This document shows positions 9,792 through 17,400 of a DNA stretch of 32,000 bases, piece after piece. The translations under genes were made by a program, and so were the position numbers. The notes beneath the pieces were generated by a model, which saw nothing but the letters and a program-made list of their open reading frames with translations, had not been told where the DNA came from and made no database searches. The stretch's first letter is position 1; each line of letters starts with the position of its first letter. The stretch is from assembly GCA_031256725.1 (NCBI GenBank), contig JAIRQE010000013.1, positions 67,323 through 99,322 of the forward strand, in the 5' to 3' direction. This DNA is from Propionibacteriaceae bacterium. Lineage in GTDB: Bacteria; Actinomycetota; Actinomycetes; Propionibacteriales; Propionibacteriaceae.

Positions 9792-10513
9792 GCGAATGCT
9801 GCGGCGATAGCCAGGGTCAAAGCTCCTTGGAATCGTGACTCCCTCTCTTCAGAGGTCATGTCCGTACCCTTCTTTGTGAGGTGATCGGAGACAGTGAGAA
9901 CAGTCAAGGCGCCCTTCCCATGTTCGGCAGCGACCCCATACAGGCTTGCGGCTTCCATTTCAACACCGAGAACACCATGGGCCACCATGGCATCAAGTTG
10001 ACCTGGGATAGAGAAATAGAAGTGGTCAGCAGAAATGATTGGCCCAGTGAAAACATTCATCGTACCTTCAGCGGCCTTGAGGGCTGCAGCAGCCATACGC
10101 AGGTCAGCAATAGCTGAGAAATGTGTACCCGGGATACGGAGTTCATTCATAGATGAGGTGGTATGTGCCCCGACACCGATGATGACATCGCCGACGGAAA
10201 CATCGGGGGAGATACCACCAGCTGTACCAACGCGAATAATCCTTTCCACATCAAAGAAGCGGAAGAGCTCTGTGGCATAGATGGCGATGGAGGGCATCCC
10301 CATCCCGGAGCCCATGATAGATAGGGGCTTGCCATAGTGCTCACCCGAACCTGAATAGGTGCCTGTAAACCCCATCATCCCACGTACATCGGTCACGAGA
10401 CGTGCAGAGTCAAGGATCATCCCTGCCATACGTTCAGCACGTTTAGGATCCCCTGGCATCAGTACTGCTGGTGCGAAGTCATTGGTTTCGGCATTGATAT
10501 GTGGGGTCGTCAT
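9788..10513 (-). CDS. deoD: purine nucleoside phosphorylase, DeoD type
   Basis: 241 aa from ATG 10513 (AAGGAG 8 nt upstream). N-terminus MTTPHINAETNDFAPAVLMPGDPKRAE closely parallels E. coli DeoD ([25 protein letters not shown]). GVEMEAA is present. The track extension to 10756 lies inside the upstream gene. Confidence 0.9.
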   Translation of the reverse strand: MTTPHINAETNDFAPAVLMPGDPKRAERMAGMILDSARLVTDVRGMMGFTGTYSGSGEHYGKPLSIMGSGMGMPSIAIYATELFRFFDVERIIRVGTAGGISPDVSVGDVIIGVGAHTTSSMNELRIPGTHFSAIADLRMAAAALKAAEGTMNVFTGPIISADHFYFSIPGQLDAMVAHGVLGVEMEAASLYGVAAEHGKGALTVLTVSDHLTKKGTDMTSEERESRFQGALTLAIAAAFA

Positions 10514-10514
10514 G

Positions 10515-11927
10515 TTAGTCTCCTTGAGGTGATTCATTGTCTGTGGGGTGGGGCAACCGTATCCGATCACCCAGTGCAGGCACGATGGCGTGGATCCCCA
10601 GTTCTGTGGTGATCCTCTCAGCGAGAAGACCTGCTCCTTCTTCGCCATGGATGCAGTACACAGTGTGAGGTTGAGGGTTGAGGGCGCGGAGCCAATCCAT
10701 AAGCTCGGAAGCATCAGCATGCGCCGAGAAACCGTCATCAAGGAGGATCTCCGCATTGACGGGTATCATCTGACCGTACATCTTGAGGGACTTGGCCCCA
10801 GTAATAAGGGAGTGTCCACGGGTACCATGAGCCTGGTACCCCGTGAAGACCACGGTATTACGAGCATCAGGAAGCATATGTTCAAGGTGATGGACGACTC
10901 TACCTCCAGTAGCCATACCGGACGAGGAGATGATGATCGACGACTGGCTGGGTCGATTGAGGGCTATGGAATCCTCAATGGAGGTCACTTCATGGAGGTT
11001 TGCAAGATCCACAAAGTCAATGTCTCGCAAATCTGGACGCAACTCATCTCTTTGTTCCTGGGATTGATAGATGTCCAGCGCTCTCACTCCCATGGGAGAA
11101 TTGACGTAGATCGGAATATCGGGGATGCGTCCATCTGACTTCATCTCGGCAAGAGTCTTCAAGATGACTTCGGTACGATCTACTGCGAAAGCTGGTACAA
11201 GAACAGATCCGCCGCGTTTGACTGTACGCCTAATCGCTGCAGCGAACTCCTCGTGGGGGGATTCATCCCATTCAGGATGCTCACGGTCACCATAGGTGGA
11301 TTCAATCAGAACGATAGGAGCCCCCTTGGGTGTTTCACGAGTTCTGAGGACAGGGTGGTTTCCTCGACCTAGGTCACCAGAGAAAAGGATCTCTGCTGTC
11401 GGTGTCGTCACATGGATGGAGGCTGACCCCAGAATATGGGCTGCGCGAGTATACCTCGCTGTCACACCTCCAGGTAGGTGAAGATCGGTCTCAAAGTCAA
11501 CGACACGGAAAAGCTTGATAACAGCTTCAGAATCCTTGACAGTGTAGAGAGGCTCGGGGGTGCTGTGCTTCGAATAGCCCCCTTTAGCGGCGTCACGAGC
11601 ATCCGCTTCTTGGATGTGTCCCGCATCAAGGAGTACGATTTCGGCGAGTGCGATCGTAGCATCGGTTGCCCAGATAGCACCCTGAAACCCCTGCTTCACG
11701 AGCCGAGGAAGGTAGCCTGTATGATCAAGGTGGGCATGGGTCATAAGGATGCAGTCAATAGAAGCGGGATCCATGGGGAATTTCTCCCAGTTGAGTTCAC
11801 GCAATTCCTTATCCCCTTGGAAGAGCCCGCAGTCTATAAGAATGCGTTGATTGCCTGTCTCCAGAAGAAACTTGGAGCCAGAAACAGCTCCTGCACCTCC
11901 GAGAAATGTCAGTGTCGTTGCAGCCAT
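10515..11927 (-). CDS. MBL-fold beta-CASP family hydrolase (RNA-metabolising metallo-beta-lactamase type)
   Basis: 470 aa. HAHLDHTG motif, later GFSAHAD and CIHGE His motifs. Stop TAA 10515-10517 lies 1 nt before the deoD ATG. Confidence 0.8.
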   Translation of the reverse strand: MAATTLTFLGGAGAVSGSKFLLETGNQRILIDCGLFQGDKELRELNWEKFPMDPASIDCILMTHAHLDHTGYLPRLVKQGFQGAIWATDATIALAEIVLLDAGHIQEADARDAAKGGYSKHSTPEPLYTVKDSEAVIKLFRVVDFETDLHLPGGVTARYTRAAHILGSASIHVTTPTAEILFSGDLGRGNHPVLRTRETPKGAPIVLIESTYGDREHPEWDESPHEEFAAAIRRTVKRGGSVLVPAFAVDRTEVILKTLAEMKSDGRIPDIPIYVNSPMGVRALDIYQSQEQRDELRPDLRDIDFVDLANLHEVTSIEDSIALNRPSQSSIIISSSGMATGGRVVHHLEHMLPDARNTVVFTGYQAHGTRGHSLITGAKSLKMYGQMIPVNAEILLDDGFSAHADASELMDWLRALNPQPHTVYCIHGEEGAGLLAERITTELGIHAIVPALGDRIRLPHPTDNESPQGD

Positions 11928-12015
11928 AGGTTAACGCTAGCCCAGTTGGATGAGATTGGACAGGATTGCCCCCGCTAGATGGACAATTATGCAGCGTGTT
12001 TCCTGGAAGGGGATA

Positions 12016-12906
12016 ATGAGTAATGAATCCCAAGGAGACCCCATGATCATTGACCTGCATACCCATTCTGCAGTTTCTGATGGTACAGATTCTGTACCTG
12101 AGCTTATTGATGCTGCTTCTGCGGCTGGGATAGGAATTCTGGCACTCACCGATCACGACACCATGGATGGGGTTGATCTCGCCCAAGACTTGGGCGCCCA
12201 AGCTGGGATAGAGGTACTACGAGGAATGGAGCTGTCCACTCACATTGATGCGGATTCAGGCATTTTCTCGGTACACCTACTCGCTTACGGATGTCTGAGT
12301 GAGGATCCTGAGATCATTGCACTTCTTGAGGCTCTGCGTCAGGCTCGTACCTCGCGTGTTCCGAGGATGTTGGAGCACTTGACTGACATGGGGATGCCAG
12401 TGACGATTGAGGAGGTGCAGGCCCAATCCAGTTCAGCCTCCGTGCTGGGACGTCCCCACATCGCTGATGCGATGGTTGTAAAAGGGTACGTTAAGAATAG
12501 GACCGAAGCCTTTGATGCCTATCTTAGTGATACTGGTCCAGCCTATGTACGACGGTACACTCCCAGTGTCGCAGAGGCTCTTGATATCATTGCTGGTGCA
12601 GGTGGTGTCGGTGTTCTCGCCCACCCGTGGGGGAGAGGAAACCAATCACGGCTTACCACTGCCATCATCGCTGAACTGTCTACGAATCATGGGCTTGCAG
12701 GGATCGAGGTTGACCACACAGACCATGGCGATCTGGAAAGACAGGTACTTCGTAGCATCGTCAATGATCTAGGATTAGTTGCCACGGGGTCAAGCGACTA
12801 TCACGGAACCGGAAAAGCCAATAATCCGCTCGCGATCAATCGCACCACCCCAGATGCCTATGAGTTGCTCAGATCAGAAATTGAAAGAAGAGGCGGTCGA
12901 CCATGA
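12016..12906 (+). CDS. PHP-domain phosphoesterase (TrpH/YciV, RNase AM-like)
   Basis: PHP metal-ligand contexts IIDLHTHSAVSDG, LALTDHDT, VLAHPWG and GSSDYHG. Start ATG 12016 is preferred (GGAAGGGG upstream). The track ORF opens at 11950, and ATG 12043 is also possible. Confidence 0.75.
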   Translation: MSNESQGDPMIIDLHTHSAVSDGTDSVPELIDAASAAGIGILALTDHDTMDGVDLAQDLGAQAGIEVLRGMELSTHIDADSGIFSVHLLAYGCLSEDPEIIALLEALRQARTSRVPRMLEHLTDMGMPVTIEEVQAQSSSASVLGRPHIADAMVVKGYVKNRTEAFDAYLSDTGPAYVRRYTPSVAEALDIIAGAGGVGVLAHPWGRGNQSRLTTAIIAELSTNHGLAGIEVDHTDHGDLERQVLRSIVNDLGLVATGSSDYHGTGKANNPLAINRTTPDAYELLRSEIERRGGRP

Positions 12907-13982
12907 CTGAACCAGTTATAGACCAATCAGCATCCCTGGAACGTACTATGGCACGCAGTCGTGAGATTGATGTCGAATTGGTCAAGAATCCCGCTGCCTT
13001 TAGGGTACTCACTGGTGACCGTCCAACAGGAAACCTCCATATTGGGCATTACTTCGGTTCTCTCACCAATCGTGTACGTCTTCAAGACATGGGCGTTGAC
13101 TCCTGTGTTCTCGTGGCCGACTACCAGGTGATCACAGATCGCGATGGAGTGGGTCCAATCAAGGAGCGGGTCTACTCCCTCATGGCAGACTATCTTGCTG
13201 CCGGGATTGATCCCAGCCGAACGATGATCTTCATCCATTCCGCGATCCCCGCCCTCAACCAGTTGATGCTTCCCTTCCTTTCCTTGGTCACTGATGCTGA
13301 GCTGCGTAGGAATCCCACAGTCAAGGCTGAGTTGGAGGATTCTGAGAGGCCCATGTCTGGTCTTATGTTGACTTATCCTGTACATCAGGCTGCCGATATT
13401 TTGTTCTGCAAGGCCAACCTTGTACCAGTAGGCAAGGATCAGATCCCGCACATTGAGATGTGTCGTGTAATTGCCCGACGTTTCGACGAACGTTATGGTC
13501 GTGCTGGTGACCAACCCGTCTTTCCTGAAGCAGATGCTCTGCTGTCACTTCCCACGCTGATTTTGGGTACCGACGCAACCAAGATGTCCAAGTCTAAGGG
13601 AAATGTCATCGAATTGGGCATGACTGCTGATGAGACTGCCAAGGCACTCAAGAAGGCTGTCACCGATTCAGACCGAAATATCACCTATGATCCGATTGCC
13701 CGCCCTGAGGTTGCAAACCTTCTTGTTATTACTGGTTTGTGCCTTGACCGAGATCCTGCATCAATCGCTGAAGAGATCGGTGATGGGGGAGCAGGTACCC
13801 TCAAAAAGGTTGTCACCGAGGCTCTGAACGAGCGTCTCAGAATCCATCGTGAGCGCCGTGCCGAGTTGGTTGCTGATCCTGGATATTTGGAGTCAATCAT
13901 CCACGACGGTAATGCCCGCGCCAACGAGATTGCAGAGACCACCTTGTCCGAGGTACGTACCGCCATGAAGATGTCCTACTGA
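12903..13982 (+). CDS. trpS: tryptophan--tRNA ligase (divergent HIGH-type signature)
   Basis: 359 aa. Class I motifs PTGNLHIGHYFG and KMSKS. ATGA overlap with the PHP gene at 12903-12906. Confidence 0.85.
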   Translation: MTEPVIDQSASLERTMARSREIDVELVKNPAAFRVLTGDRPTGNLHIGHYFGSLTNRVRLQDMGVDSCVLVADYQVITDRDGVGPIKERVYSLMADYLAAGIDPSRTMIFIHSAIPALNQLMLPFLSLVTDAELRRNPTVKAELEDSERPMSGLMLTYPVHQAADILFCKANLVPVGKDQIPHIEMCRVIARRFDERYGRAGDQPVFPEADALLSLPTLILGTDATKMSKSKGNVIELGMTADETAKALKKAVTDSDRNITYDPIARPEVANLLVITGLCLDRDPASIAEEIGDGGAGTLKKVVTEALNERLRIHRERRAELVADPGYLESIIHDGNARANEIAETTLSEVRTAMKMSY

Positions 13983-14013
13983 TCACCATCAGCGCAATGG
14001 TCAGGTGTCAGGG

Positions 14014-14137
14014 GTGGAATTATTACTCCACAGGGGACATGAGACCAAATCGCGCAGCGATTTTGTCGAAGTTAAGAGAGCCGGTGGTACGCTTGCGACC
14101 ACCGAAGCGAGCGTACCCTGTGGAGCAATAATCCCAC
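14014..14137. other. 124-nt structured inverted-repeat element (candidate small RNA or MITE/REP-like element)
   Basis: gtggaattattactccacaggg (14014-14035) is the reverse complement of ccctgtggagcaataatcccac (14116-14137) at 20 of 22 positions. Inner hairpins: aaatcgc-gca-gcgattt (14047-14063) and ggtggt-N9-accacc (14083-14103). An alternative 10-bp helix pairs 14087-14096 with 14107-14116. Confidence 0.45.
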
Positions 14138-14153
14138 TCCTGCCTGGGAACCA

Positions 14154-14182
14154 TAGACTCATCCGTACATATACCGTACAAT
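14154..14182 (+). promoter_or_regulatory. candidate promoter giving a leaderless transcript for the DUF1778 gene, with a CCGTACA direct repeat
   Basis: TAGACT (14154-14159), 17-nt spacer, TACAAT (14177-14182), ending 6 nt before ATG 14189. No Shine-Dalgarno is present. CCGTACA occurs at 14163-14169 and 14174-14180, 11 nt apart. Confidence 0.45.
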
Positions 14183-14188
14183 AGTCTC

Positions 14189-14443
14189 ATGGCTCAACCA
14201 CTGCGTACCCGTCGTTTTGAAACAAGACTTGATGCTGAGACCGACAACCTCATTAGTGAGGCTGCCGAAATCCTGGGGGAATCACGGTCAACCTTCGTGA
14301 CTCGAGCAGCCAAGCAAGCTGCAACCAAAGTTGTTTCACCCATGGATCAGATGACACGCCGCCAAGCTTTGGCTGTACTCACTGAAGGTATGACTGAAGC
14401 CGAGATAGCTTCATGTCCTCTCCTGAAGGTCTTGGCCTCCTAA
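14189..14443 (+). CDS. DUF1778 (TacA-like, ribbon-helix-helix) antitoxin-family protein, no cognate toxin gene present
   Basis: 84 aa. FETRLDAETDNLISEAAEILGESRSTFVTRAAKQAATKVV aligns by eye with Salmonella TacA LNLRAKESQRALIDAAAEILHKSRTDFILETACQAAEKVI. Confidence 0.75.
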   Translation: MAQPLRTRRFETRLDAETDNLISEAAEILGESRSTFVTRAAKQAATKVVSPMDQMTRRQALAVLTEGMTEAEIASCPLLKVLAS

Positions 14444-17400
14444 ACGAGAACTGATTCCTCGTCGAGAATATCCTCAATGATCTGCGGCTCATGACCCATG
14501 TGAGCAGTGGTCAAAGTCAGCTTGATTCGATTGAGTTGGTTGACCTCTGAGGCACCCGGATCATAGTCAATGGTGACCAGGTTGGCACCAGGATGCTGGC
14601 GACGAATCTCCTTGAACATCCCCTTGCCCGTGACATGGTTGGGAAGGCATGCGAAAGGCTGTACGCAGATCACATTGGGAACACCTGAGTGAATCAGTTC
14701 AACGATTTCACCAGTGAGAAGCCATCCTTCACCTGCCTGATTTCCTAGGCTGGTGACTTCTTGGGCCCTGGAAGTCAATTCGGCCATTGACCCTGGAACA
14801 GTGAACTTCGGGGTCGAGTACCGAGCATTGACCCTCGTGAGTGCCTTGCGGATCGGGGTACGATAGGACTCCATCCACCCTCTGACCAGGGTCTTTGCAC
14901 GACGCCATTTCTTGCCTATTCCAAGGTTCTGCCAGTTCCATTCGGTGGTGTACAACCCTGTCACCATGAACTCCATGAGCCCCGGCAGGGCCGCTTCACA
15001 GCCTTCGGATTCAATGACCTCAATAACATGGTTATTGGCATCGGGGTGGAATTTCACAAGAATTTCTCCCACGATGCCAACTCGTGGTCGGCGAGGTTCA
15101 TCAGTGAGTTCGAAGGCATCGAATTCATCCACAAGAGCGTGTACTAGCCCCGAATACGACAAAGACCTCCCGTAGGTGGGGGACTTTCCTGTCATCAGCC
15201 ATTCACGGATGATTTGATCCCAACGATGGTAGAGATCTGTGGCTGAGTCTGGTACTAGCTCATAGGGCCGTACCCTCAAAAGAAGATCTTGAAGGAGGTC
15301 ACCCAGAGCAAGTGCCCGCATCGCTTTGTGAGCCAGGGGAAGAGTGATCTTGAATCCAGGATTGGATTCGATTCCCGAGGTTGAAATGGCGATAACAGGT
15401 ACCTGTGGGAAACCCGCATCCCGCAGAGCCTTACGCAGCAGAGCAGTGTAATTCGTGGCCCGACACATGCCCCCTGTTTGGGTGATCAAGGCAGAGGTGG
15501 TGTCTGGATCCACCTCACCAGATTTCAATGCTTCCACAAGTTGCCCGATAACCATGATGGCTGGGTAACATGCGTCGTTGTTCACGGTACGCAAACCCAT
15601 TTCAACATCTTGGGCAGAGGCATGTTCAAGGAACTTCACCTTGTACCCAGCAGACTCAATAATTGGGATTACGAGCCGGAAATGGATGGGTGCCATCTGG
15701 GGAGCCAGAATGGTGTGGGTCTTCTTCATCTCCTTGGTGAAAGGTGCCTTCACCAAAGCATGGCTACGCTCAGGCCTATGAATGGTACGACGCTGGTCGG
15801 CTGCTGCTGCCAGGGAACGCAGTCGGATCCTGGCGGCACCAAGGCTCGATACCTCATCGATCTTCAAGAGGGTGTAAACCCGATTCTTGGCTTCCAGAAC
15901 TTCGGCGACCTGCTCCGAGGTGATGGCATCAAGTCCGCATCCGAAAGAGTTGAGTTGTACTAGTTCGAGGTTCTCATCTTGGGTGACCACTGAGGCTGCC
16001 TCGTAGAGGCGGGAGTGATAAGCCCACTGATCTCGTACCCTCAATGGACGCTCAAGCTGGGAATCGCCAAGGATGGAACTCTCGGTGAACACAGCCATAC
16101 CGAGGCTCGTCACAAGTTCGGGGATCCCGTGGTGTACCTCAGGATCAATGTGGTAGGGCCTGCCTGCAAGGACGATTCCACGTACACCATTTTGGGCACA
16201 GTACTCGCGAGCCTCACGACCGGCTTGCTGGATATCAGCTCTGAACTGAGCATCTTCAGCGTATCCGGCTCCAACAGCAGCCTGTGCTTCCTCTTCGGTG
16301 ACATTCCAGTCGGCGAAGATCTCAACAATTCTCTTCGCAAGGTGTTCTGGGTTGGCGAGGTTGACATAGGGGTTAATGAAACGTACCCCAGGTTCCTGGA
16401 TTCTTTCCAGGTTGTTTTGAATCACCTGCGGATAGGAGGCGACAACAGGACAGTTATAGTTTTTGTCGGACTCCGAGATGAGTTGCTGTTCATAGTTCAC
16501 GCTGGGGTAAAAGATGGTTTTCACACCCAGATCTAGGAGATGTTCAACATGGCCATGAACCAACTTCGCTGGGTAACAGACATTCTCTGAGGCGATGGAG
16601 TGCATCCCAAGCTCAAAGAGATCATGGGAACTACGACCAGAGATCACCACACGGAACTTAAGGTGGGTAAGGATGGTGAACCATAAGGGGTAGTTCTCGT
16701 ACATATTGAGGGCTCGTGGGATGCCAATGTCACCACGAACGCCATCCTTGGCGGTGAGGCGTCGATAGCCGAAGAGCCTCTTGTAGGTGTAGTCGAAGAG
16801 GTTCGGCAGGGGAGATTTCGCCTTGGTGGGGTCAGCGCCACGTTCACAGCGGTTGCCAGAGATGTGACGTTCACCATTGCCGAAGGTTGAGATCGTACAC
16901 TGACATGTGTTCTGGCACAGGTTACAGTTCGTTGTCTCGGTTTCCAGATGGATCCTCTTGAGGTTCGCTACAGAAAGCATCCGTGTCGGTGCTCCAGGGA
17001 GGAATTCCGTCTTGGCAGTCAGAGCGGCACCATAGGCTCCCATGAGACCAGCGATGTCCGGGCGTACCACTTCTCGTCCTGTGAGAAGCTCGAAGGCGCG
17101 CAGGACAGCATCGTTGAGGAAGGTACCTCCCTGAACAACGATCTTCTCACCCAATTGGCCTGGCTCTCGAAGCTTGATCACCTTGTAGAGGGCATTGCGA
17201 ATCACCGCATAACTGAGACCTGCGGCGATATCCCCAACTGTGGCGCCCTCCTTTTGTGCTTGCTTGACAGAGGAGTTCATGAAGACCGTACAGCGGCTTC
17301 CTAAATCGACGGGAGCCTGGGACTGACATGCAGCTTCAGTGAATTCACTTATGGTGAGACCCAAGGATTCTGCAAAGGTTTGGAGGAAGGAACCACACCC

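Noticed and set aside
10514-10756. N-terminal extension of the deoD ORF (track start 10756).
   Set aside because: The extension lies inside the beta-CASP coding region. ATG 10513 has AAGGAG upstream and gives the canonical DeoD N-terminus MTTPHINAE.
12800-12906. T-box or attenuator leader for trpS.
   Set aside because: The trpS ATG overlaps the stop of the PHP gene, so no untranslated leader exists.
14131-14154. Possible att-like copy of the tRNA-Asn 3' end.
   Set aside because: Only a patchy match (cccac, cctg, gaacca blocks) that could easily arise by chance. It is mentioned only as a weak hint under the island hypothesis.
14444-14900. GNAT (TacT-like) toxin gene downstream of the DUF1778 antitoxin.
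   Set aside because: The antitoxin stop overlaps the stop of the convergent 1430-codon gene. No plus-strand ORF with an acetyltransferase pattern is present.
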